Assembly (NCBI RefSeq): GCF_001194135.2
Contig: NC_068998.1
Location: forward strand, 1,958,968 to 2,022,967
Direction of reading: 5' to 3'
Length of the DNA stretch: 64,000 bases
Source of the DNA: Octopus bimaculoides
Taxonomy: Eukaryota
Below, piece by piece: positions 43,130 through 55,602 of the stretch (its first letter is position 1; each line of letters starts with the position of its first letter). The notes beneath the pieces were generated by a model. That model saw only the letters and a program-made list of their open reading frames with translations, was not told the DNA's origin and did no database searches. A program made the position numbers and the translations under genes.

Positions 43130-43322
43130 TGCCGGTGGCATGTAAAAGCACCCACTACACTCTCGGAGTGGTTGACGTTAGGAAGGGCATCTAGCTGTAG
43201 AAACTCTGCCAAATCAGATTGGAGCCTGGTGTCGTCTCCTGGTCCACCAGTCCTCAGTCAAATCGTCGAACCCATGCTAGCATGGAAAGCGGACGTTAAA
43301 CGACGATGGTGATGATGATGAT
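43130..43322 (+). mobile_element. RTE-tail element (well preserved)
   Basis: Same tail consensus ending in (GAT)n. Further copies at about 2100-2280(-), 7285-7440(+), 12600-12830(+), 18175-18460(-), 28255-28520(-), 32680-32810(+), 34845-34885(-) and 38975-39045(-). Confidence 0.8.
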
Positions 43323-44150
43323 ATATACGTACGCACACACATAGGTGTATACAGAGGTACAAAGGTGGGTATATAGGTATATATGTACATACAGGTGTGT
43401 AGATATGTACATACATAGATGCACGTGTGTAGAAAGCGAGATATAATGACAGGTAGGTATAGTTTTGTAGGTTTGTATGGTGTGTGCACATAACTATGAA
43501 TATAGTTATATATATATGTCTGCGTGTGTGTGTGTGTGTGTGTGTGTTGGTAGATAACTATATAGATATTCAAGCGTATAAAAAGTTATTTATATAAATA
43601 TGTAGGTGTATAGAAAATTAAGACATAGACAAGTGGATTTAAGTAAAAATATAGACATGTGAATAGCTCGAAATATAATGGGTATACATGTAAATAGCTA
43701 GGTATAGAGATATATATGTGTGTGTGTAGGAAGCTAGGCATATAGATAAGGTGTGTATAAAGCTGGATATATCGATGTAGGAGTGTAGATGGCTAGGTAA
43801 ATAGGTATGTGTGTGTAGATACAATATATAGACTGTATATAAAGCTAAGTGTATAGATGTGTCTAAATAACCCTATGTGTGTAGATAGCGAAATATAGAG
43901 ATAGGTATATATGAAGTTAAGTATACAAATGTGTGTAGAGAAGTAGATGCGTGTGTGTATGTTGAGAGCAAGGTATACATTGATTGGTAGGTGTAGAATG
44001 GGAGGCGTTTGTAGAAAGGTAGGTATATATGAAGACATGTATGCATGTAGATAGCTTGATATATATACATAGGTAGGTATAATATGGTAAGCCAGGTCCG
44101 TAAGGTCTGTAGACAATTATCAGATACACCCATAATTTTGTAAAATATAT
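43320..44150. repeat. Degenerate (TA)/(TG)/(TAGG) low-complexity tract
   Basis: About 800 bp of scrambled tatag/gtgtg/tagg words; the ORFs here are Y/I/H/T low-complexity artefacts. Confidence 0.85.
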
Positions 44151-44333
44151 GAACACGTACCCCAGACTAGATGTAAATAACTTAGAACCCCTAAAATACT
44201 TGCGAACCATTGATAATTGCCCTTTTCATTTTGCCCTCAAAAGAAAGAAATAACAAGGAACAAAATAGATATTTTTAAAGCAACGAGGAAAAAACATTAA
44301 TAATAATAATAAAGATATATTTATAATACTCAC

Positions 44334-46500
44334 AGAGATAGACAACAAGGTTTAATCGTTTCTTGTCGATTTAACAAGCACGGCCTTTATTGGTTTTCAC
44401 ATTAATCCTTTCTGGAAAAATGTCGATGTTGTGTTTTTTAAAGATGCCTTCTAAATATATTCTGTTCAGCATGTGTGTTGCTGTCTGTTGACAAGTTAGG
44501 TTTGATTAGTTTAATTGGAATTAATTGTCTAACCGGGAGAATAAAGACATAGAAGAAACCGGCCGAAATGGTGTGTGAGGGGGTACGTTTAATGTTGTTG
44601 GTTCGGGTTTGGTTTCGTTCCCTGTCTTTGAGGTTAATTTGCCGAGGAATGAACCAAACAATAATATTAATCTGGGCGGCTGTGAAATTCGTCTGTAATT
44701 TAGATAAATAACCAGATAGAGGGATAGAGACAGGCGTATAAATAAAGAGGTAGACAGACGGGTGGATGGATGGACAGACAGAGATAGGTGCTGCGTAAGA
44801 ATGGAAATGATTACATAAATGTGTTGTAGATAGAAAGATAGAAAGATAGACAGCAAGGAAGGCAGGTAGGTGACTTTCCAAAGTTGAAAATGTTAAAGAA
44901 ACGTGAGTGGATAATTAAAAGCAAACAAAAAAAAACTTAGGTTGATCGGGCCATAATTATAATTATGGTTAATACGACTAAGAATATAATGAGTGTAAAT
45001 GAGAAAGCTTCTAACCTTGTTTTACACCTTTCTTGCTTTTTTTTTTTCTTTTTCTTTTTTCTGGAGAAATGAAAAGGGAAAAAGCAAAACAAAATATTAA
45101 CTGCCGACTTGTAGTGAAAGGAAGCGTCCTGATGGTTCTGGCAAAATATTGGGTGTGATGATGCACGATGGCAAAAGAGAGAGAGAGACAGAGTAATAGT
45201 GTAGAGAGAAGGTTAAGAAGGAAGATGTAGATAGAGTAAGAACGTAGAGGTGAGGCGAGTCGGGAGATAGCGTAATGGTATTATAGAGAGGAAGTGAGAC
45301 GGGAGAGGGAGACAGAATGAGTATAACGAGAGAAAGTGAAGGTAAGAGGTGGATAGAGTAAGAGTGTAGAAAGAGTGTCAGTAGGGAAAGAGAGATAAAG
45401 TAATAGAGTAGAAAGGAAGTGAGGGAAAGCGACGATAGCGTAAAGAAGTGAGGGGAGGAGGTGCATTGAGTGAAGTGTGGAAAGGGAGTGAGAGTAAGAG
45501 AGGAATAGACTGAACTTATGAAGAGGAAAGGAGGAGAAAAGGTTGATATAGTAAATTATACAGAGGGAGTAAGTGGAAGCGGTAGAGAGGGAGTGAATGA
45601 AAAGACGAAGAGTAGTCAAATTTGAGAACGAGCGAAGGGAAGAAATAAAATGGTAACGAGGAGAGAGGGAGTGAAAGTGGAAGAAATAGAGAATTGCAAA
45701 TAGGGAGTGAGTGAAAAAAAGAAAGATAAAAGGGAGAGAAAGAAGTAGAGTAATAAAAAGTAGAGAGGGAGTACGTAAATGTGGCAGATATAAAAAAATA
45801 TAGAAAGAGTGGGAGGGAATGAGTGAAGAGTAAGAGGGAGGAAAAAAAGCAAAATATAGAGAGAGGAGTAAGTGAAGTGAGAGTAATAAAGAGAGCATGG
45901 GATATGCATGAAAGAATTCGATATATAGAGAGTTAGAATGAGAGAGAGAGGGAGAGAAAGGAGGGTAATGCTAGAGGAAAAGAAAAACCCCTGAGTGAAA
46001 GAAAGTGGTTGTTGTGTAACCGAGAAACAGGCTCTGTGTGTTTCGATGGTTTCATGCTTGGCAAAACTGTGTCTTTTATACAAATAATCAGGTGGAAATT
46101 TTCCTTGTCGTTTTTAAGAGACGCTATGCGGTCTGCTAGATATAGCAACCAAATCTCTCTCAAATCACACCTTTCCGTTTTCATTAAAAAAAAAAAGGAC
46201 ACAATATAGTCCTGGATATCTTTAAGAGACAAGTGGTGGGGACATCTTTTCTTTCTTATTTGTAACCTAAATTCCCTGTATACACGCGCGCGCGTGCCTA
46301 ACTACAGATCTGTGCCCCATCGACTTTCTTTCCTTGCAACTTTTTGAATAATAAAATTTTACAGCACGATTATGCTGATAATTTTTTATTATTATTAATA
46401 CTTTCTTCTAAGGACTTTCGGGTCGTTTCTACCCCCACCCGACTCATAAATCTCTTTAAAAGGTATATATTTAAATGACATTTTGCACAAATATATTTTC
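44334..46500 (-). promoter_or_regulatory. Candidate promoter / non-coding first exon of an unidentified gene
   Basis: CpG rises abruptly (12 in 44521-44880 versus 1 in 30601-30960). A 14-bp palindrome CACGCGCGCGCGTG lies at 46283-46296, and a minus-strand donor CT|GTGAGT at 44333. No coding exon could be linked. Confidence 0.3.
45170..45970. repeat. ~800-bp purine-rich (plus) / pyrimidine-rich (minus) tract
   Basis: The plus strand is almost only A/G, with recurring GAGAGTAA / GGGAGTGA words. Confidence 0.9.
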
Positions 46501-46773
46501 GGGAATCTAGATTATGTAGTGATGTTTGAACCGCAACTCTTAAAAAAAAAAGTGAAAAACGCTAGAATTTCTGAAATGAGTCGTTACAAAGTTGAAATGG
46601 GAGTGGGGAGGGAAAAATGATCCAAAAACTCTTGCAAAATATTTTCTCTGGATTTTATCAACATAATTATAATCTTCAGCCACGAAAATGTACCTCTACA
46701 AGATTTCCGCAGAAAATTTGCTCTTTACAGGAAGTTTAGAGAAAACTTAAGTCGGTGGTGTAATGATCTATGC

Positions 46774-46949
46774 CAGGAATCACCAAAGTGGTCGATGGGA
46801 CTATTCTAGGGGTCGAAAAATGCCTGAAAACTTCAAATATACTTGATTACTATTATTATTTCTCTATTTTCTTGTACATGCCCGGGGGTTGATGAGAAGT
46901 CAAGGATTCCATGAAGGGGTTGATGGTCTAAAGAGTTTGGGGACCCCTG
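46774..46949. mobile_element. Second copy of the hAT-like MITE (inverted orientation)
   Basis: Reverse complement matches 23809-23975 (CAGGGGTCCCCAAAC..CCCCTTCATGGAATCCTTGAC..CATGTACAAGAAAATA). Degenerate 8-bp flanks (ATCTATGC/ATCTCTAC). Confidence 0.75.
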
Positions 46950-47402
46950 ATCTCTACAAATGCCTATATCTAGGTTGGGAAGCAAGCTTCTTATCACAGT
47001 CACGCCTGTGCCTATATTTAGACAATGGTCATAGAATCATGAAGTTGCACAAACTGTTGGGTTTCAAATGTTTTTGAATGTTGTGATTCATATATTTACC
47101 TGATGAAAACAGAACTTTTCTAATAATGTAATGTCTCCATTTACAGCCAATTCCACGTAAAAAGAACTCATGAGGTGAATTTGAAGTCTTACAGCTGTTT
47201 CTGGGGTAACTGAGAGTGAGGGAAGTTAAAAGAATATAGGCAGCAGAATAATTTTCACAGCTCATCTTTTTCCAAAGGATATGGATGCTGGTTGGTACTT
47301 CCAAGTGAATTTGCTGAACCACTAAGTTACAGGGACATAAACACACCAACATCAGTTGTGAAGCAATGGTAGGGGGGGGGACAAACACAGATACACACAC
47401 AA

Positions 47403-47445
<43 letters not shown>

Positions 47446-49297
47446 AATACGACAGGCTTCTTTCAGTTTCCGTCTACCAAATCCACTCACAAGGCTTTGG
47501 TCGGCCCGAAGTGAAAGTAGAAGACACTTGCCCAAGGTGCCATGTAGTGGGACTGAACCTGGAACCATGTGGTTGAGACCAGGTAACCATTTATCTCCTC
47601 GACAGCAACACACCTATTTCTGTCATCATTATTGATCTCTCTCTCTCTCTCTCTCTCTTTTCTGACTGGGTAATCATTTATCTCTTCTATGACAACACAC
47701 GAGAAATATTGAACTCTCTCCCTGTCACTTTGACTGAAATTTTGAAAAAAAATTTTATAGCATTTAGTGTCACCAGTAAGCAATTCAAAATTATATTTTC
47801 AGCAAGGAATAAAACTTAACAGAATAAATAGCTTGTAATTGAGAGATAGTAAAAGTATCTCCTTTATTAATATATGAAATGGTGCAGTGACCAAATATTT
47901 GAGGGATAGACACACATCCATCCGTCCATACACACACACATACATTTTGAGAAGGTTAAGAGGATTCACATGAGAATTTTATCATGAATAAAAGAAGGAA
48001 AACATTTACATTCTTATCAAAATATGCTACTGGTTTCAATTGTTTTAAAGACAATTTAGTCAAGCAATAAGTAAACAGAAAATGAACTGAAATAAACGAA
48101 GAAATTCTTTGAGAAAATAAATTTTCTGAAAATTCACAAGACAGTTGTTGATCTTCTGATGATTCTTGCATGACTAAATGTCTGAAAATGATTGAAACAT
48201 GTGACCCATTTTAATAACAATGTGAAGATTTTACTCCTTTTATTTATAATAAAATTTTCAAAGCTTATTCTTCCTTTTTTTATATATATATATACAATCT
48301 CAAAATGCTGAAGCTTTCGAAGGAGATGACGGAGGAAAAAATTGAAATGGTTTTCAATAGTTTGATATTAAATTCCGCAACAAGTGGAAAATAACTGTTG
48401 AGGCCCTATGCTCCACAAGGGGCCAAAAGGATTAAGAGAGATATGTTTCGCTTTTGCTTTGCATTGCTTTTCCACTGTGATACAAATAAATAAACCAAGT
48501 ATTTATTAGATTTTTTCCTTCTCTATTTTCTTTTATTAACTTTATATATACATATATTTACATATATGTGTGTGCGTGTGTGTGAAGAGAAATAATTTTT
48601 GTTTCGTTTTATGGAAACAAAAAGATATACATGACTGCAAAGAAGAAATGCTCAAGTGAAATTGAGACACAAGACAAAAATCATTGATTAAAGAAGAGAC
48701 ATCAAATTTGGACCAACGACTTTATATAACCTCACGATTCAATAAATTTCAGCATATGCAAATAGTACAATGGCCTTCAACATACAAAAGAAATACATGT
48801 GAGTTTATATAAGGTTGTCCGCCCAAATTTGATGTTTGTTCTCTAATCAAGAATTTTTTATACACACACAAAAGCACATACATATGTATACATATATGAT
48901 GATGATGCATATATATATCTTAAAAATAATGATATATAATTATCCATACATACATGTGTGTATTAATTTATTAATTAATAATTTTGCTTTCATGGTTTTT
49001 ACACACTAATATTATTAATTATTATTAATAATATATATACATATATATATATATAATATTATTATAAGATCTGGTAATTAGTCATATATTAATATATTAA
49101 TTAATATCAATTAATTATCAGGGGGCCAGCACATTTAAAGAATCAAAGAGATTCAGAAATATTATCTGCAATCTCAGGGGATTAAGGTACATTTTAATAA
49201 ATATTTTCTGCAGATATATTCCTGGAATTAGCGCGCCAAAACAAAGACTTTTAAATTTTACCATTAAGCTGTAATTAGCAGAACCATATGATCATTC

Positions 49298-49682
49298 GCT
49301 CCCGCGCCGGTGGCACGTAAAAAACACCACTCAAGCGTGATCATTGCCGGCATCACCTTACTGGCACATGAAAAACGACATTCGAGCATGGTCGTTGCCA
49401 GTGCCGTCGGACTGGCTCCGTGCAGGTAGGAGGTAAGAAACCTCTTTTGAGTGTGGTCATTGCCAGAACCGCCTAGCTGGCCCTCGTGCCGGTGTCACGT
49501 GAAAGCACCCACTACACTCTTGGAGTGGTTGGCATTAGGAAGGGCATCCAGCTGTAGAAACTTTGCCAGATCAGATTGGAGCCTGGTGCAGCCTTCTGGC
49601 TCACCAGTTCTTAGTCAAACCGTCCAACCCATGCCAGCATGGAAAGCAGACGTTAAACAACGATGATGATGATGATGATGTT
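49298..49682 (+). mobile_element. RTE-tail element with internal ~60-bp tandem units and (GAT)n end
   Basis: AAGCACCCACTACACTC..GGCATTAGGAAGGGCATCCAGCTGTAGAAAC..CCAACCCATGCCAGCATGGAAAGCAGACGTTAAA(CGA)(TGA)n, the same tail as the LINE at 35.3 kb. Confidence 0.8.
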
Positions 49683-50807
49683 GATGATATATATATACAT
49701 GTGTGTCTATTTTGTAGATATTGAAATCTCAAGAAGCATTTAGCTTCCAGAATATTCCTTTCTCAGTCTAAATATTCTGTATTTTTTACCAGAAAAACAA
49801 AAAAAAAAAATCTTAAAACGTAGAAAAATAAAGATTTTAGAGAAGATGACTCATCTGGAATTCTTTTTCTCTTTGGTAATTCCAGGGAATCAGTTGTATG
49901 TAGAACATGGCAATAAGGAAACGAGTCTTTGAGATGAAGGTTCTGGAACTGTCATAAGTAAGCTTCATGGATTGATATATCACATTTCAGTCTTAAAAAT
50001 TGATGCCATTTGATTCCTAAAATGGTTTTCTAATTAAATGTTGTTGTTGTTGTTTCTGTATATTAGGGAGGGGGGGGGTCTATTTTACTTGTTTCCCCTG
50101 TCCCCCACCCCATCTATATTTGCATGGCTGTTTATTTTTAGATCTATTTTTTCTTTTTTTTTTTTACATTTTACAAAAACAAAACAAAAAAAAAGCAAAA
50201 ACATAAATCCTTAGAAATGTATTTGATAGCAGATACTTGATTGATCATCATCATCATCATCATCACCAACAAAAACCACAAACAACAACACCATCATTAT
50301 TATCACCACCACCAACAATAAGGATAATTATTATCAACATCATCATCATCATTGCCATTATATTCATCACCACTGTCATCAGTATTGCTATTGCTTTTCA
50401 TCGTCAGTGCCATCGTTGCCGTCACCATGAGTGTATTGCAATTAGTGCAAGACCTAGGGTAATTGGATACAACATGGGTGATGGGAGGAGAGATGAGTGG
50501 GTTGGAGCAAGCACAAGTTCACCCAGATCCCAGGATCAAATTTCGTTGTTTGAGTGATTTAAAAAGTAGAGATGAGACAGCATGTGTGAATGTAGAGCTG
50601 TGAGGTAATCTTTTCTGAATCACAATCAAACATTGAGACAATTGTTAACTATGGTTTCTAAACAGTCCAACAGATAGGAGAGAAACCTTCTCCTGGATTG
50701 GATGCTAGTTCATCCCAGGTAACTCTACTGTTGTTATTTTTCAACTTGAAATCACTGCTAATAATCAAAGCCACCATTTTATTACTTAAATATGTCATCA
50801 TCACTTT

Positions 50808-51183
50808 ATTCTTTATTTGTTTCAGTCATTTAACTGCGGCCATGCTGGAGCACCACTTTTAGTCGAACAAATCGATCCTGGGACTTATTCTTTGTAAGCC
50901 TAGTACTTATTCTATCAGTCCCTTTTGCCGAACCACTAAGTTTCAGGGACATGAACACACCAACATAGGTTGTCAAGCGATGGTAGGGAGACAAACACAA
51001 ACACACACAAATATATATATGTATATACAACTTCTTTCAGTTTCTGTCTTCCAAATCCACTCACAAGACTTTGGTCAGCTCAAGGTTATAGGAGAAGACA
51101 CTGGCCAAAGATGTCACACAGTGGGACTGAACCTGGAACCATGTGATTGAGAAGCAAGCTTCTTACCTGACCACCACGCCTGT
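50808..51183 (-). mobile_element. tRNA-derived SINE family A (near full length)
   Basis: Complete head, body, internal microsatellite and 3' tail (..GCTCCAGCATGGCCGCAGT..TGACTGAAACAA). Other copies at about 5085-5485(-), 7120-7285(+), 12380-12510(+), 14770-14880(+), 26575-26765(-), 28820-29175(+), 41895-42360(+) and 47308-47578(-). Confidence 0.85.
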
Positions 51184-52559
51184 GTATTATAAAAGCATGA
51201 GTTTGTTTCACATAAATTTTAACAAAATCCTATACCGACCCCTAAGGATCATATGGACCCTAAATTAGCATAGTAGCTTTTGTGGGGTTACTCAGTTTGC
51301 TAGAAATAACAGTCAAATCATCCTCAAACATAAGAGACACGCTGGATAATTCGGCCTTAGGTACATTTAGCCCAGAAAGTAAAAAATTCACGAGTGTGAA
51401 TTAGAAATATTTGTATTGCTTTCTGACTCATCCTTTCATAAAATCTCATGCTGAACAATATTTCAGTACGACACACACACTAGGGGCTTTGTATGAGTGT
51501 CAACGTAGACATCCGGTTTAGGCGACGGAGTACCGCCGCCGCCACCATTGTCGATGTTGCTGCCAAAACCGACACAACCACTACGACAAACACTTGTATT
51601 TTTTTGTAGATAACTTATGTAGTAGTAACTACTACTACTACTACTACTTCTTCAGCTGCTGTCACTATAACAGTCAGTTATAGTGACAGAAAAGATATTG
51701 CTGAATGGATTAGAAGTTTGCCTCCCAACCGCATGATATTGAGTTGTCTCGCTACGCAGCACCTTGGGCAAGTGTTATCTACTATTGATATAACCCCGGA
51801 CCGACCCAAATCCTGTGAGTGGCTATGACAGCTTCAGGCTATAGTAGAAAGCACTTCCCTAAACAGCCAATATAATGGGACCGAAGCGAACTTCTTAAGC
51901 ACACAGTCATTAAATAACACTTTTATTAATCCTGTCCTGAATGAAAAATATGTATTTAACCTCGAAAAGTTGCTTTCGCACGGAAATATATATCCTTGGT
52001 TAACACGATTGTCTCCCTTGTGTTATAGTTATTCCCCTTGGACGCTTTCATTCTCTTTATCACGGTTCCAAGTCCTTTGGAATAGTTTTGAGTAGATTTG
52101 CTTAATGAATTAAATCGTCATATTTTTCGGTGCCTATATTACTTTCTTAACCACCCAAGGAAACTCTTTTTAGTATTAATTAAAGTTATTAGATGTATTA
52201 TTTTTTCTACTGATTCAACATTTTGGATTTCTCTACTAAGTGTAGATACAGGAGGCAACAGGAAACCCTCCCGTAATTTAGGCAGATGGTCGGTAACAGT
52301 GATTTCATGGAAATAATATTTTATTACTTCTTAAGGTGGCGAGCAGACAGAATCATTATTAGCGCGCTGGGCGAATTTCGTTGCGACATTTTGTCCTGTG
52401 TTTATGTTCTGAGTTCAAAGAATTTTCTTGATATGACTTTTCAACCATGTGGCAAAGAGAGCAACAATACTAAAAATCTTGCTTGACTCAGGAACTCCAG
52501 GTAAGAAGTATTTAGCCAATGCCCTCATCAAAGACGTTTCCTGCTACAAACCATTCATT

Positions 52560-52800
52560 GAACAGAATGCGGGAGAATCTTCGAATATCATCACAACTGG
52601 AACCAATGTAAGGGAGATAACCCCATACTGCCTGTAACACCTCCTGCACAGCTATTCTGGATGTATAGATTTTTGTGTACAAAACCATGACGTCTCCCAC
52701 CCTCCAGTAGCAGAGAGATTATGTGCCTTCGGCCATTTGTTTGACAGGTACCCTATATGGCTTTATAGGTGCAAAACCAATCGTCACTCAATGACCACTC
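52560..52800 (+). mobile_element. Possible degraded R4/Dong-like LINE C-terminal fragment
   Basis: Frame-shifted pieces (AGESSNIITTG, PPPVAE, IWL..KTNR) loosely follow the CCHC to PPxVxE to ILWDF..TD order of restriction-like-endonuclease LINEs. Confidence 0.25.
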
Positions 52801-53145
52801 TGTTGGTCATGCTTAGGAATCCAGCAGGAATGTCTACAGATGGCTGCTTCTGTTAGGACCCTAGGGAGAAGGTGACTGAGGACTCTGCACCCACATCCCT
52901 CTCAGGGACGATGGATGGATGGATAATAACCACTCTTATCAATGTGTTTAATCTGTTTGTCAATGGGTTGGCTGGGTCTGCTACACATCAGTTGTAAAAC
53001 CAGGTGGACGAGTGCACCTGGGACATCACAGATATTTACAAACATTTCATTCACGATGCCTTGGCTCAGCAAAATAAAAATTAGTATATTAAATAAAAAA
53101 GACAAAAACAAAAAAAAAAAAACAAATAACTAATACTGTTAATTA

Positions 53146-53341
53146 TTTATTGATTGATTGATCATTGTATAAGGTTATATCAGTGGTTCAGTCACTGATT
53201 ATTGTGTGACTGGTTATATTGCTGGTCCAATCATATTCTGATAATCACTGGTCATACAAGCAGTTATCATTCTTTTGTTATTGTTATTATTATTATTATT
53301 ATTTAATGTGTAGAAGAATAGAGCTTACAATATGTTTTATT
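53146..53341 (-). terminator. Candidate QARS polyadenylation signals (AATAAA at 53336-53341 and 53146-53151)
   Basis: Two AATAAA hexamers on the minus strand 250-440 nt past the stop. The distal one is followed by a long U-rich tract (plus-strand A run at about 53090-53125). Confidence 0.5.
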
Positions 53342-53586
53342 GATTATCAGCCATTGTCAATATGTTGAAGATCACTTTTGCTTGCTTTGTTTTCAATGGA
53401 TTTGATCTATCAGCCAATAATAACAGTTCTTTCAACAGTGTTCACCTGATGGTAATAAGTGTTTACCTGAGGAAGTTGTGCACACCTGACATTAATTAGT
53501 TTGCACCTGTCAGCAAGTGAATTTGACCATTTTCTCTGATCAGAATAAGAAAACAATAAATAAACACTTGTTTACGTTGTTTGTTT

Positions 53587-55602
53587 TTAGTTTTTGTTGG
53601 GATCTTCTTTCAGTGTAACAGTTTGATTAAAAACTAAATGGTCAGGTTTGGAATCTCGATCCACACTGAAATAACCAGTTCTTTCAAACTGGAATTGTTT
53701 GTAAGTTTCAGCCTTCAAGACAGACGTGTCTACGAATGCATTCGATATGACCTTTAATGAGTCCCTGTTGACGTCGCTCAGGTAACCGTCTGGAACTTCT
53801 GATGTGTCTTCTGGATTACGATGGAAGAACAGTTTGTCATAGAGTCGAACTTCACAAGAAACAGGCTTCGATACCCAATGAATGAATGCTTTCGGTTTGT
53901 CTTCTGTAGTTTTGTGGCACTTGACATGTAACTCGGTGATAAAACCTGAACTATCTTTAACAACTTCAGCGACTTCTATTGTAAAACCAGCATGACGTAA
54001 ACCGACTGGTTGGGTGGGAGCAAGTCTCTTATAGTTTTTGTCAGTGACCTCTTTGAAATCATCTCGTTCGATAAAGATCTGCTCACAGAATGGAACGGAA
54101 TGTTCTCCTTTGTTTGGATCAGCAGGATAATTTGGAACAGATACTTTGCCACTGTGACCAGCTGGAAAGTTGATGATCTTCACTGGAAGAGGATTGAGGA
54201 CGGCCATTGCACGAGGGGCTTTCACATTGAGGACATCCCGTACACAGGATTCCAATAGAGCTGGATCAATGACCGTCTGTGCCATGGTTACGCCAACCTT
54301 GGCACAGAATAAGTTAATGGCCTCAGGTGGAAAGCCACGCCGTCGGAGAGCCGTCAGTGTGAACAGACGGGGATCGTCCCAATCTTTCACATAACCTTTC
54401 TCAATCAATTTCGCTATTTTCCTCTTCGATACAACAGCATAATGTAAATTAAGCCGGGCATACTCCCACTGTACTGGACAGTACAGTTCCAGTACATTAC
54501 ACAACCAATAATAGGAAGACCGTCTTGCCTGGAATTCCTTGGTACATAGAGAATGAGATATGTTCTCAATAGAATCGCAAAGACAATGGGTGTAATCATA
54601 AGTCGGGTAGATACACCAATCATTGCCGCTTCGATGGTGTGGAGTGAATTTGATCCGATAAGCTACTGGATCTTTCTTGCCTTCTTCAAGAGTTGTTTTC
54701 ATTCGAAGTGTGGCATCGCCCTCATTTATTTTGCCTTTCCTCATATCTTCAAACAGAATCAGAGATTCTTCAATCGGCCTTTCTCTCCAAGGAGAGTCAA
54801 CAACGTTGTGTCCCTTTAGATCTTCGGCCTTCATGTGACAAACGTAGGCGTGGCCTCGTTTAATAAGATCAACAGCTAAATCATACAGTTTCCCAAAATT
54901 GTCAGATGCATAAGTAATTTTCCATGGTTTGTAGCCTAACCATTCAACCATTTCTCGAATGCCGCGGAAGAATTTTTCCTCTTCTTTCTCGGGGTTTGTG
55001 TCATCATAACGCAAATAGCATTTACCACCCATTGCGCGAGCATAACCAAAGTTGAAATTGATTGCTTTGGCATGACCAATATGAAGAATGCCATTAGGTT
55101 CTGGAGGGAATCGTGTGTATACTGTGCTATTGGTTTCTTTCAAATGTTGTTTTAAAAGTTCCATAGTTCTTGGCATGATAACATAACCATCTGTTTTAAA
55201 ATTCTCACCAACTTTATGGAACTTTACCGAACTTCCAACCAGATCCATGAAACTTTTCACCTCTCCATCTGCTCTCACAAAATTCTCTAAAGCATTCACG
55301 GTCTTTTTATTTTCCTGATTCACTGATGTTGTAGATTTTGTTCTAATATTTTCAGTCTGTTTTGATTGTTTAGCTTTCGATGGCTTAGCCTTATCAACAT
55401 CAGTCTTGGGCCCCAGTAGATCTAAAATCTGCATATCGACTTCGTTTTTGATGGTTTTGCCATCAGCCCATTTCAGCGCCTTACGGACTTCAGACATTAG
55501 AATGCCAGTATTGAAATGGTAACGCTTCTCTAATAATTCATCTCGATAGTTTGCAATGACTTTCTCTACAGCTGTTTCCACTTGGTCTGAAGTGACGGAC
55601 AC
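53587..55602 (-). CDS. QARS: Glutaminyl-tRNA synthetase, coding exon 2 (671 aa + stop; class I catalytic and anticodon-binding domains)
   Basis: Acceptor tctcttgCAG|GTG at 55602, then an uninterrupted ORF to TAA at 53587. Contains [18 protein letters not shown] (HIGH motif), [33 protein letters not shown] (KMSKS equivalent), [16 protein letters not shown] and FQFERTGYF. Confidence 0.98.
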   Translation of the reverse strand: MSVTSDQVETAVEKVIANYRDELLEKRYHFNTGILMSEVRKALKWADGKTIKNEVDMQILDLLGPKTDVDKAKPSKAKQSKQTENIRTKSTTSVNQENKKTVNALENFVRADGEVKSFMDLVGSSVKFHKVGENFKTDGYVIMPRTMELLKQHLKETNSTVYTRFPPEPNGILHIGHAKAINFNFGYARAMGGKCYLRYDDTNPEKEEEKFFRGIREMVEWLGYKPWKITYASDNFGKLYDLAVDLIKRGHAYVCHMKAEDLKGHNVVDSPWRERPIEESLILFEDMRKGKINEGDATLRMKTTLEEGKKDPVAYRIKFTPHHRSGNDWCIYPTYDYTHCLCDSIENISHSLCTKEFQARRSSYYWLCNVLELYCPVQWEYARLNLHYAVVSKRKIAKLIEKGYVKDWDDPRLFTLTALRRRGFPPEAINLFCAKVGVTMAQTVIDPALLESCVRDVLNVKAPRAMAVLNPLPVKIINFPAGHSGKVSVPNYPADPNKGEHSVPFCEQIFIERDDFKEVTDKNYKRLAPTQPVGLRHAGFTIEVAEVVKDSSGFITELHVKCHKTTEDKPKAFIHWVSKPVSCEVRLYDKLFFHRNPEDTSEVPDGYLSDVNRDSLKVISNAFVDTSVLKAETYKQFQFERTGYFSVDRDSKPDHLVFNQTVTLKEDPNKN

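Noticed and set aside
1409-44210. Many 60-200 aa ORFs rich in HT, CV, ER, YI or HHH/PPP repeats
   Set aside because: They are translations of (CA)n, (GA)n, (TA)n and (CAT/CAC)n microsatellites, with no splice or homology support.
45281-46083. 205-aa and 155-aa L/S/F-rich minus-strand ORFs resembling membrane proteins
   Set aside because: They arise from the pyrimidine-rich low-complexity tract.
48150-48215. CTGATGA / CTGAAAATG..TTGAAACATGTGAC hammerhead-like words
   Set aside because: No stem II, a G at the cleavage position and a broken core. At most a very decayed remnant.
51533-51550. Kozak-like GCCGCCGCCACCATT in a small CpG cluster
   Set aside because: No ATG follows (ATT) and there is no downstream ORF; it is a (GCC)n/(ACC) repeat.
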